Shown here one piece after another: positions 16,976 through 25,184 of a DNA stretch of 25,184 nt. The notes below the pieces were generated by a model. The model did not search any database, was not told the DNA's origin, and saw only the letters and a program-made list of their open reading frames with translations. This stretch comes from Candidatus Latescibacterota bacterium (GTDB lineage: Bacteria; Latescibacterota; UBA2968). The stretch's first letter is position 1, and every line of letters begins with the position of its first letter. The position numbers and the translations under genes were made by a program. The DNA lies in contig JAYODI010000082.1 in NCBI GenBank assembly GCA_038279365.1, positions 523-25,706 on the forward strand, in the 5' to 3' direction.

Positions 16976-18592
16976 ATGCCCAAAAACAACGCATATCCAA
17001 TCCGTACCCCCAAACAAATGCAACAGTGTTTCACATTTAAAACTGCATGCTATCTAACAGCCATATATCTGTTTTTTATTTTTCCCCTGACCTCACCCAT
17101 ACATGCCCAAACCACAAACGTGCTCTACCTCAGCGGCCAGGGGGCTCACGTCATATTGCCGCCCTCATTGTTTCACCAGTTTTCTGAAGCGACAATTGAA
17201 ACATGGGTCAAATGGGAACAAATACAAAATTGGGCACGTGTCTTTGACTTTGGCCGCGAAGGCAATGCCGTGGTTTTACAAAGTGAGAAATCATCACGCA
17301 CCCTTAATTTTGCCATTTATGACCGCAATGGCGACAGGCATCGCATTCAGGCCAACAACGCCATTCCCGTTGGCCAATGGTTTCATGTTGCAGTCACCTG
17401 TGGCGCACAAGGCATGGCTTTATACATCAATGGCGAACTGGTTGGCACAGATACTTATACTGGTGGCTTGGAACAAGTTACAGGTGGCACATATTATATT
17501 GGCCGTTCCAACTGGGCAGATGACAAACCCTTTCAAGGTTACATATCTGAATTTCGTATTTGGAATGAACAACGGTCACAAACCCAAATCCAGCGCACCA
17601 TGCAACGCCGATTAACAGGCAAAGAACCCAACTTAGTGGCCTACTGGCACTTTGACCAAGCCCAAGATGACCAAGTATCAAACACAGCCAACACCTACTC
17701 AGCCCAACTCATTCAAAATGCCCATCTGGTGTCTGTGACTCCCATTGCACGGTATCTCATTCCGGGAGAAATGGAAAAAGAAAAAGAAATACGCCAAGCA
17801 TCCGCACAAACCAACTGGGAGCGTGGCAATTATATAGGTGCATATCGCGACTATCAGGCCGCATTAGATTTAAGTCCAAACAGTTCAAACATTCGTACAA
17901 ATATGTTAAAAGCTCTTGAAAAAAGCCATATCACCGCAGCGCTTATGCCGTTCCAAATTACCAATACAAAAACCAATTCAGAAGTGACATACCTGGCCAC
18001 ATACACATATCTCACACACCATCGCCCCGCATATATCGAATGGCTCACACCTGCAACCATTCAATTTCTACAATACGAACAAGGCCTCACGACACGTACA
18101 CCACAACAAACAATCATAGAAGCAGCCAAATCTTGGAATATTCGCTTGGTTGTGCTTGCAACCATAAAAGAAATCAACATCGATCCATCTGGCCCCAAAC
18201 GCGAATCACAAACAGCCTATTTAAGAGCAGATCACCAAACCCTCTCAGACAGTTTAAGCACTGTACGCTACAACATCATTAGCCAACAAGTGAAAGCGAC
18301 AAGCCAAGCCCTCCTTCAAGTTATCGACGTTGAAACAGGTCGTATATTAAACAATCAGCTTGTGAGAAGCGAAATACAAGACCAAGTTGAATATGCCGAT
18401 TATTCGGGAGACCCCTACGCCCTTTGGACCAAACGTGGGGCTCGTTACCAGCGCCTCATCAATCAAGAATCGCGTTTTTTAGCCCGTCAAAAATTAAAAA
18501 CCGATAACGAGTTGACACACGAGGCCCTTGAAGAATTGGGCAACCATATTGCACAACAAGTCGCCTCTGTGGTTGCAACCTATCATCCATAA
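16976..18592 (+). CDS. Secreted LamG/concanavalin-like domain protein with a TPR-like helix pair and a CsgG/TolB_N-like C-terminal domain
   Basis: Hydrophobic N-terminal segment ending IHA-Q. LamG motifs TIETWV, WFHVAVT, LYING, YIGRSNW, FQGYISEFRIWN, LVAYWHFD. TPR-like GNYIGAYRDYQAALDLSP. C-terminal AALMPF and QVIDVETGRIL. Confidence 0.78.
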   Translation: MPKNNAYPIRTPKQMQQCFTFKTACYLTAIYLFFIFPLTSPIHAQTTNVLYLSGQGAHVILPPSLFHQFSEATIETWVKWEQIQNWARVFDFGREGNAVVLQSEKSSRTLNFAIYDRNGDRHRIQANNAIPVGQWFHVAVTCGAQGMALYINGELVGTDTYTGGLEQVTGGTYYIGRSNWADDKPFQGYISEFRIWNEQRSQTQIQRTMQRRLTGKEPNLVAYWHFDQAQDDQVSNTANTYSAQLIQNAHLVSVTPIARYLIPGEMEKEKEIRQASAQTNWERGNYIGAYRDYQAALDLSPNSSNIRTNMLKALEKSHITAALMPFQITNTKTNSEVTYLATYTYLTHHRPAYIEWLTPATIQFLQYEQGLTTRTPQQTIIEAAKSWNIRLVVLATIKEINIDPSGPKRESQTAYLRADHQTLSDSLSTVRYNIISQQVKATSQALLQVIDVETGRILNNQLVRSEIQDQVEYADYSGDPYALWTKRGARYQRLINQESRFLARQKLKTDNELTHEALEELGNHIAQQVASVVATYHP

Positions 18593-18601
18593 CATAAACT
18601 G

Positions 18602-18646
18602 AAATAAAAAAGCCCGTGTGTCCAAAACACACGGGCTTTTTTATTT
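18602..18646. terminator. Bidirectional intrinsic terminator between convergent genes
   Basis: Perfect 20-bp inverted repeat AAATAAAAAAGCCCGTGTGT-ccaaa-ACACACGGGCTTTTTTATTT, giving a T-tract on both strands. Confidence 0.92.
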
Positions 18647-18657
18647 TTATGTCGCCA

Positions 18658-20628
18658 TTAGAAATTATGCACGTTGTGGCCCTGCATCGGAAACCATATC
18701 CAATCGACAAAAAACACAAGTGCCGTACTCACGGCTTGTGCGGCCAATAACCCAATAAAAAATGGCTTGCCACGTTCATAAAGTTTGGCCCCTCCAATAC
18801 GCATCAAAATAGACTTAATGGCCCACACAATCAAAATTGAGAACACCGTTTTGGTCACGCCATAATTTCCCTGAATGGCCAAACCAATAGGATGTATAGG
18901 CCAAGACGGCACCCAATAACGTATCATTGTCAAAAGTGCCATCACCACCATACCAATGCCCGCCCACTGCACAATCATCCCTTTGCCACCCATTGGGATG
19001 GGATTTCGAATGGCATTTACAGCCTTGTTAAAAGCTGAAGGCGCCACTTTTTGCAAGCCCATATTGCCCAAATTATAGGCACCATACGCATATCCCAAAT
19101 AGAGCGTATCGACCACAGATACCACAAACCCCAAAATCAATGCCCCCCAGATAACCATGGCAATCTTGCGAGGTTTTACACCGCGATCCACCACCTTAAT
19201 TGCCTGTGTAAAAGCAGGTGTCACAAACCCTTTGCCAATGCTCTCAAAAACCCGCATAAATGACAAAATGGCCACATTGGCTCGGTCAATAAGTGGTGTG
19301 CCCCAAATGTTGAGCGCCGCATCGTAGGGTTGAACTTGATAATACACATACACCAGCCCCAACTCAGCAATCACCCGCGAAATACCGATAAACGTAAGAA
19401 AAGCGATTGGCAAAAAAGTAAAAATGACAAACAGATCCATGCCGGCCTGAAACAACCAAGCCACAACCACAAGCAATGACAAGACCAACCCCAAAACAGC
19501 CGTGCGATAAGACAACAATTCTTGCCCATCATCCACATTGCTCTCAGGTTTCAGTGCTTTGCGCCACACATCTTGCAAATGCCTCCGCGCCATCCACAAA
19601 CTCCACAAAGCCAAAAAAATAAGTGCGCCGCCACTTTGCCATGCCAATGCATCGCTTTGCCATTGTCGATCGGCCGCACCTGGTGTATATCCCAACTTAT
19701 TAAATACAAACACTTCAAATGCCGTCAAAAATACAAAAAACCACACGCTAAACAACACATCCAACCGGGCAAAATATCCAAATCCGATGGCATAAAAACT
19801 GATGCGTCGAATCAAAAAAGGAAAGTCTGCCCCCAACCGAAATTGCCCCCCCTCAATTGGAATGGGTGGAAATGCGGGGGTAAAATAGGAACCAATATTC
19901 CACAACTTCAAAAACATGACAAAACCAAAAGCAATCCAAAACAAAGGTGATTTAAAAATGCGCAACAGTTGTCCATCAGATTCTGTATCGGTCAAAATTT
20001 GTCCCACCTCCACCAATGGATAGGTCAACCGTTCGTGATCCACCCACTGCTTGCGCAACATCACCACCAAACAAAATGCCGCAAAAGCCATAGCGCCCAA
20101 CAACAACGTCCACCAAAACAAAGGCACAAACCAAACATCTATGGCCGGAAAATGCCCAGGCGGCGTCCCTTCAAAAAACCAAATCATCTCACCATTGTTG
20201 TTTTGTGGAGCCAACCAAGTAGGAATGGCATCGTGCAAATAAAAATCCCATGCATTTTCAGCAGAAGCAAAATAATATACCCCACCCAAAATCCCCAACA
20301 AATGCCCCGTCACACCATCATAAGGCACAGAAATGGCAACAAGCCCCATGGCCAAAACCACGCGCATTTCTGCACGTGTCAGTGCCCAACTGGCGCGCAT
20401 ATTGCGAACAACGATATTGCCCACAGCCAAGGCCATAAATGGAAAGAGAAATGCCAGTGGAAAATGACTCCGACTGATATTGGATCCATCCATATAATAA
20501 GCCATCCACTCATCCCACCACACACTCACCACAATGACACAAACGGCCACACCAACAGAACGCAAAGTTACAGCACGTACCTGTTCTGGTGCAACGTCCT
20601 GACGAATCTCAGATTCTGCCACTGCCAT
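18658..20628 (-). CDS. Polytopic membrane protein, DUF6785/DUF6784-like (putative transporter)
   Basis: 656 aa with many TM segments; RKQWVDHERLTYPL, WPIHPIG and KPFFIGL motifs recalled for this family. Confidence 0.75.
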   Translation of the reverse strand: MAVAESEIRQDVAPEQVRAVTLRSVGVAVCVIVVSVWWDEWMAYYMDGSNISRSHFPLAFLFPFMALAVGNIVVRNMRASWALTRAEMRVVLAMGLVAISVPYDGVTGHLLGILGGVYYFASAENAWDFYLHDAIPTWLAPQNNNGEMIWFFEGTPPGHFPAIDVWFVPLFWWTLLLGAMAFAAFCLVVMLRKQWVDHERLTYPLVEVGQILTDTESDGQLLRIFKSPLFWIAFGFVMFLKLWNIGSYFTPAFPPIPIEGGQFRLGADFPFLIRRISFYAIGFGYFARLDVLFSVWFFVFLTAFEVFVFNKLGYTPGAADRQWQSDALAWQSGGALIFLALWSLWMARRHLQDVWRKALKPESNVDDGQELLSYRTAVLGLVLSLLVVVAWLFQAGMDLFVIFTFLPIAFLTFIGISRVIAELGLVYVYYQVQPYDAALNIWGTPLIDRANVAILSFMRVFESIGKGFVTPAFTQAIKVVDRGVKPRKIAMVIWGALILGFVVSVVDTLYLGYAYGAYNLGNMGLQKVAPSAFNKAVNAIRNPIPMGGKGMIVQWAGIGMVVMALLTMIRYWVPSWPIHPIGLAIQGNYGVTKTVFSILIVWAIKSILMRIGGAKLYERGKPFFIGLLAAQAVSTALVFFVDWIWFPMQGHNVHNF

Positions 20629-20765
20629 CTTTGCGCCCTTTATAAAGGAAAATCAACAGTGAGGTGAAAACAGACTCTTAACTGATACACACACGCCCCT
20701 CAAGAGCAACAAGGTGCGTTCAAACCTTCGTTACAATAACGCGCACAACCTATCCACAATATCTA

Positions 20766-22085
20766 TCAAAGTGCTTTTAACACCGCTCTCGTCCGTTCCA
20801 ATGTCAAATCAATATCGTCCATAGAATGCGCCATAGAAATACTGCCCTGTTTGGTGGGAAGAGGAAAATGGTAAATCCCTTGTGCAATCAACGCTTTGCG
20901 ATAGCGTTCATCCCATTCAAAATTATGATGTTCTGCCACATCGTGCCAATCAACAGGGGCATGATCCATCAAATAAACACAAAAAGCAGACCCTTGACGA
21001 CACACAGTCGACGCAATACCAAATTCATCAAAAAGTGTCACCAAACCCGTTTCCATATGTGCACCCAAATCATACAAACGTTTATAATTGCCTTCGGCAT
21101 CTAAAGCCAATTTTTCCATCGTGCCAATAGCACCTGCAGTGGGTACAGGATGCGCATTGTAAGTACCCGCAATCAGCACCCGCTTTGCCGCATCTTCATG
21201 AACAAAATAATGCATCAAATCAGCACGACCGCCAATCGCCCCAATGGGGTATCCATTGGCAATGGCTTTTCCAAAAACTGACAAGTCGGGCATGACACCA
21301 CAAATACTTTGATAACCACCAATCGCGTGACGAAAACCCGTCTTCACCTCATCAAACACCAAAACCACACCTTGCTCGTCACACAAATTTCGAAGCCCAT
21401 TCAAATAACCGTCTTTGGGCTTTATAATACCTATATTTTGCAAAATCGGTTCTGTAATCACCACTGCAATATCATATTTTTCCATCACCCAGCGAACAGA
21501 ATCCAAATCGTTATAATTGACCACATGCACATTATCCAACACATGTTCAGGAATGCCCGCAGACAAGGGTGCCTTTTTATATTCGCCAGGTGACACACGT
21601 GGGCCAATCACACTTAAAGGTGTCATCACATTAACGGCCACATCATTGTGCCACCCATTATACCCACCTTGCATCACGATCACACCATTGCGCCCCGTAT
21701 AGGCCCGCGCCAAACGAATGGCATGAAAAGTGGCTTCTGATCCCGTATTCGTCAACATCACTTGTTCAACAGAAGGAACATGTTGCACGATCAATTCGGC
21801 ACACCGCCCTTCCCAAGGATTTGTGCCCGCCCCCATCAACGTATGCCCCTCGTCCAAAGCTTGCTTAACAACAGCATTTACATCAGGATCATTATGCCCC
21901 AAAATATACGGTGCAAAACCCGCATGATAATCAATATATTCTTGACCATCGGCATCCCACACACGACTGCCTTGCCCACGCACAAATGCAATCTCTGGTG
22001 CAACTGCACGGTTGACCGACACAACCCCCCCAGGAATCACATTCCGATTTTTGGCATAAATCTCCGCCGACTTCTTCAGTAACAT
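20766..22085 (-). CDS. Class III PLP aminotransferase (glutamate-1-semialdehyde aminomutase-like)
   Basis: IPGGVVS, NTGSEAT, FDEVKTGFR, FGKAIANG (PLP Lys), AGTYN. Start ATG 22085 follows GAAAGGA. Confidence 0.88.
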   Translation of the reverse strand: MLLKKSAEIYAKNRNVIPGGVVSVNRAVAPEIAFVRGQGSRVWDADGQEYIDYHAGFAPYILGHNDPDVNAVVKQALDEGHTLMGAGTNPWEGRCAELIVQHVPSVEQVMLTNTGSEATFHAIRLARAYTGRNGVIVMQGGYNGWHNDVAVNVMTPLSVIGPRVSPGEYKKAPLSAGIPEHVLDNVHVVNYNDLDSVRWVMEKYDIAVVITEPILQNIGIIKPKDGYLNGLRNLCDEQGVVLVFDEVKTGFRHAIGGYQSICGVMPDLSVFGKAIANGYPIGAIGGRADLMHYFVHEDAAKRVLIAGTYNAHPVPTAGAIGTMEKLALDAEGNYKRLYDLGAHMETGLVTLFDEFGIASTVCRQGSAFCVYLMDHAPVDWHDVAEHHNFEWDERYRKALIAQGIYHFPLPTKQGSISMAHSMDDIDLTLERTRAVLKAL

Positions 22086-22180
22086 CAGACATCCTTTCAT
22101 AAAATAAAAATGACATACCCCGCCCACCGCAAGAAAACACACCCTACCCAAAACAGCAAATTGAAAACCATCTGGTCATC

Positions 22181-22209
22181 TTGCAAATCGCCAAAAGATT
22201 GGCTATACT
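22181..22209 (+). promoter_or_regulatory. Near-consensus sigma70 promoter upstream of the Uma2 remnant
   Basis: TTGCAA (22181-22186), 17-nt spacer, TATACT (22204-22209). Confidence 0.6.
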
Positions 22210-22215
22210 TAAAAA

Positions 22216-22238
22216 GCTGATTGCAAATTGCAATCAGC
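22216..22238. repeat. Perfect 11-1-11 palindrome (minus-strand terminator or operator)
   Basis: GCTGATTGCAA-A-TTGCAATCAGC, followed by TTTTT on the minus strand. Confidence 0.7.
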
Positions 22239-22302
22239 CCAAAAATCTCTTTATTCAGTATGATCTACATGGACAAATAGGGTTTATTCCAAAGAAGGCA
22301 CT

Positions 22303-22503
22303 ATGACCACCCAAACACGTGCCGATTATTTTTCTGCAGGAACGTTGGTTGTTTGGGATGTTGATTTGCTAAGTCACGACGTTGTTCGCTCTTATTGCCC
22401 AGACCACCCCATACAACCCACCATTTTCCATCGCGATGAAATGGCCCATGCCGAACCAGCGATATTAGACTCGGTCATGCCCGTTAACAACCTCTTCCCC
22501 TAA
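22303..22503 (+). pseudogene. Truncated Uma2-family (PD-(D/E)XK) endonuclease remnant
   Basis: 66 aa. RADYFSAGTLVVWDVDLL..VRSY..AHAEPA..MPVNNLF matches the C-terminal third of Uma2 proteins; the catalytic core is absent; GAAGG SD. Confidence 0.72.
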
Positions 22504-22525
22504 ATCACATCGCGTCAAACATCTC

Positions 22526-23278
22526 TCATTTCGGTTGGGGATACGTCTCCAAAAAACCATTGGGTCGCCGTGTCAAATACTTCAACCAACTCTCCTCTTC
22601 TGCCGATTCAAAAATACGATCATAAAGCCCATCCCCACCAAATGAATTGGCAATCACGCCAGGGCAATATGTATACATAACCGTACGCCGAATCACATCC
22701 GATTCATTGCGCGAGCAATGCCCCATATCATGTGAAAACAACAACGCATCACCTGCCTTCATAGAAAGCTCCACCAACATATCAGACACATCGTCACCCT
22801 TCACCCGTGGGTAATTGGCTTTGTGACTTCCCGGAATTACCTTCAGCCCACCGCCACCTGGTTCAATATCGTGCATCGCATACATCACATTCAAAAGATT
22901 GTGGCGAATCTGTCCATTAAAATGGTAAAAGTTATGCGTCACTGTGGGTGTGTGATTAGAATGCAAACGTGTCTCTCCACCCCGCCATTTAAACGCGATC
23001 CAAGTCGATTTCAACCGAGGCCGTTCCACCATTTCCACCAAATAAGGCAAAAGTTTTGGGTTTGCCGCCAATGGCACCAATGATGCTTCTTGATTGACAA
23101 CATCGTCATAACGCACTTCTTGGTTTTCGCCTTCTTTTTTGGCACGAAAATCTGTCCATGCCTTTTCTTCCCACACATCAATCTTTTTATTTAAATGCGC
23201 CAATGTTTCCGGATCAATGGCCCCACGCACCAACACATACCCATTCACATCATACCGATACAATTCTTCTGGTGTCAT
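22526..23278 (-). CDS. PhyH family Fe(II)/2OG oxygenase with an atypical metal motif
   Basis: MTPEELYRYDVNGY start, GGGLKVIPGSHK, KAGDALLF, GHCS, RRT; LHSN in place of HxD. Confidence 0.85.
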   Translation of the reverse strand: MTPEELYRYDVNGYVLVRGAIDPETLAHLNKKIDVWEEKAWTDFRAKKEGENQEVRYDDVVNQEASLVPLAANPKLLPYLVEMVERPRLKSTWIAFKWRGGETRLHSNHTPTVTHNFYHFNGQIRHNLLNVMYAMHDIEPGGGGLKVIPGSHKANYPRVKGDDVSDMLVELSMKAGDALLFSHDMGHCSRNESDVIRRTVMYTYCPGVIANSFGGDGLYDRIFESAEEESWLKYLTRRPNGFLETYPQPK

Positions 23279-23317
23279 TATCTGAACCCCTCGCTAAAAT
23301 AACTCATGACAAAACTT

Positions 23318-24298
23318 TTAGTGACGCACTGTCATAATGACTTTGCCAATATTTTGATTGTTCTTCAAAATATCATGCGCATCAGCTACCTGCTCAATAG
23401 GCAAAACCGTATCTATAATCGGCTGAATGGAGCCCTGGACAAGCAACGGCCAAAATCGCTTTTCAAACCCTGTCTTAATGGCCACTTTCTCTTCTAATGA
23501 TCGACTGCGCAAAACCGACCCCACCACCCGTAGCCGATTGCGCAACATCAATCCCAAATTGATCTCTGCCTTTGTACCCCCTAACAAGGCAATGATCACC
23601 AAACGACCTTTTTGCTTCAAAAGTGACACATTGCGTTCTAAATATTCACCACCCGAAATATCCAAAATCACATCCACCCCACCAGGAGCAACCGTTTTCA
23701 CTGCCTCGGCAAAATCACGTGCTTTATAATTGATCGCAACATCTGCGCCCAATTCCAAACATCGCGCAACTTTATCGTCTCGGCCCGCTGTGGCAATCAC
23801 ATGACATTTTGCATGATGTGCCATTTGAATGCCTGCCGTGCCCACACCACTGGCGCCACCATGAATCAACACCGTCTCGCCGACTTGCAGTTCGCCTTCC
23901 ATAAACAAATTCACAAAAGCCGTGTAAAACACTTCGGGCACTGCCGTTGCTTTTTCAAACGACCAATCGTCTGGAATACGCATCAGCAATTCGTATGGTA
24001 CACACACCTTTTCGGCATATCCCCCACCAGACAACAATGCACAAACGCGATCACCCACTTGCCAACCCGGCACATCTTTTCCCACTTCAGCAATCACCCC
24101 AGCCATCTCCAAACCCATATAAGGTGGCGCACCTGCTGGCACTGGATAATTACCAGCACGTTGCAACAAATCTGCCCGATTTACAGCCGTCGCATGAACT
24201 TGAACCAATACCTCGCCCACACCACAAATTGGATCGGGAACCGCTCTCCAAGACAGCGGAAAACCATCTTTCTCTTGATCAACACACACAGCTTTCAT
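23318..24298 (-). CDS. NAD(P)H-quinone oxidoreductase, PIG3/zeta-crystallin-like MDR family
   Basis: VNRADLLQRAGNYP, GLEMAG, GGGYAE, LIHGGASGVG, GSVLRSR, NIGKVIM. Confidence 0.92.
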   Translation of the reverse strand: MKAVCVDQEKDGFPLSWRAVPDPICGVGEVLVQVHATAVNRADLLQRAGNYPVPAGAPPYMGLEMAGVIAEVGKDVPGWQVGDRVCALLSGGGYAEKVCVPYELLMRIPDDWSFEKATAVPEVFYTAFVNLFMEGELQVGETVLIHGGASGVGTAGIQMAHHAKCHVIATAGRDDKVARCLELGADVAINYKARDFAEAVKTVAPGGVDVILDISGGEYLERNVSLLKQKGRLVIIALLGGTKAEINLGLMLRNRLRVVGSVLRSRSLEEKVAIKTGFEKRFWPLLVQGSIQPIIDTVLPIEQVADAHDILKNNQNIGKVIMTVRH

Positions 24299-24348
24299 GG
24301 AGACACCTCTTTAAAAGACAACCTACTACACAATAAATAAACATTGTC

Positions 24349-25080
24349 CTAAGTGTGAATATCTTCACCTTTTTGCACACCATATCGACTGGCCGCCACT
24401 TGCCACCCCAATTGTTCAAACAACATCTGTACGCGGTTTGGAATAGGGGCATCAATAACAACCTGCTTGCCACTTTTGGGATGGCAAAATGAAAGTCGTG
24501 TGGCCATGAGCAACAACCGCGCAAGATCAAATTGGCTTTTAAAAAAGCGATTGTGCTTGCCATCGCCATAATTGTGATCGCCCACAATAGGATGGTTGAT
24601 GTATGCACAATGTTTGCGAATTTGATGCTGACGTCCCGTCTTTGGCAGTGCTTTCATAAGTGAATAACGCGCCGTCTTGTAAGGGCCTATGGCAAAGGGT
24701 AATTCAACAGTGCCTTCACACATAAAATCGGTAACCGCATCAACCGGCTCAGATGCATCGGGTGGACAGTATGCATGGTCTATCACACCCGATTCGGGCA
24801 AATAACCACGCACCAATGCCAAATATTCTTTTTCTACATCACGCCCCTCAAACAGCAGCATCATTTCTCCAGCCATTTCAGAACTCAAAGCAAACAACAC
24901 AACACCTGACGTACCCCGATCCAAACGATGCACCGGATAGACCCACTGCCCCAACTGATCGCGCAAAATGGGCATACAACTCCAAGCGGTGCGGTCTAAA
25001 TTGGTCGGGTGAACAAACACACCACTGGGTTTGTTGATCGCAACAAAATCATCATCTTGATAGAGGATATCTAAAGTCAT
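24349..25080 (-). CDS. truC: tRNA pseudouridine synthase C-like (RluA family)
   Basis: ILYQD..AINKPSG..VH, HRLDRGTSG (catalytic Asp), TARYSL..PKTGRQHQIRKH, HPIVGD..GD..NR; the TVELPFAIGPYKTARY segment is characteristic of TruC. Confidence 0.85.
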   Translation of the reverse strand: MTLDILYQDDDFVAINKPSGVFVHPTNLDRTAWSCMPILRDQLGQWVYPVHRLDRGTSGVVLFALSSEMAGEMMLLFEGRDVEKEYLALVRGYLPESGVIDHAYCPPDASEPVDAVTDFMCEGTVELPFAIGPYKTARYSLMKALPKTGRQHQIRKHCAYINHPIVGDHNYGDGKHNRFFKSQFDLARLLLMATRLSFCHPKSGKQVVIDAPIPNRVQMLFEQLGWQVAASRYGVQKGEDIHT

Positions 25081-25093
25081 GAGAAAAACCTGT

Positions 25094-25138
25094 GAATCAG
25101 CGAATCAGCGAATCAGCGAATCAGCGAATCAGCGAATC
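25094..25138. repeat. Octamer tandem repeat (GAATCAGC)5 + GAATC
   Basis: Read directly: five perfect 8-nt units and a 5-nt partial unit, ending 13 nt upstream of the truC ATG. Confidence 0.97.
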
Positions 25139-25184
25139 CTCCCCTCCCAAAGTATATTGCAAGATTCTCGCCTTTTCGTCTATT

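Noticed and set aside
22303-22503. Active nuclease, toxin-antitoxin or anti-phage defence locus
   Set aside because: The catalytic PD-(D/E)XK core is missing and there are no partner or defence genes nearby.
179-25037. Many plus-strand ORFs antisense to real genes (e.g. 2142-2879, 3078-3683, 3610-4470, 19969-20667, 23801-24340)
   Set aside because: They lie almost entirely opposite well-supported CDSs, have biased H/P/Q/T composition and show no recognisable motifs: shadow ORFs.
25094-25138. CRISPR array
   Set aside because: 8-nt units are directly adjacent with no spacers, and no cas genes are in the window.

Overview
Gene-dense bacterial chromosomal window with no rRNA, tRNA, CRISPR array, transposase or integrase visible. 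About 25 intact genes, mostly on the minus strand, encode catabolic or housekeeping enzymes: ThuA-like protein, sugar-phosphate isomerase, Gfo/Idh/MocA and Ldh_2 oxidoreductases, MBL hydrolase, thioesterase, two PhyH dioxygenases, 2H phosphoesterase, GH36-like glycosidase, M14 peptidase, Gdh, ComB-like phosphatase, NDH-2, a DUF6785-like membrane protein, class III aminotransferase, quinone oxidoreductase and TruC. The PhyH and DUF6785 content suggests a Latescibacterota/Poribacteria-like organism (inference only). Highlights: (1) a self-contained amidohydrolase-fold + Rieske ferredoxin operon with its own promoter, operator-like palindrome and terminator, probably a dinuclear-metal oxygenase rather than a hydrolase; (2) a plus-strand operon of two tandem receiver-only (REC-REC) paralogs plus a secreted LamG/TPR protein, with no kinase or output domain; (3) a 50-aa membrane microprotein missed by the ORF track; (4) a Uma2 remnant apparently formed by in-frame internal deletion; (5) a PhyH with H-S-N in place of H-x-D; (6) an octamer tandem repeat just upstream of truC. 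All family calls come from motif recognition by eye; no database searches were run.
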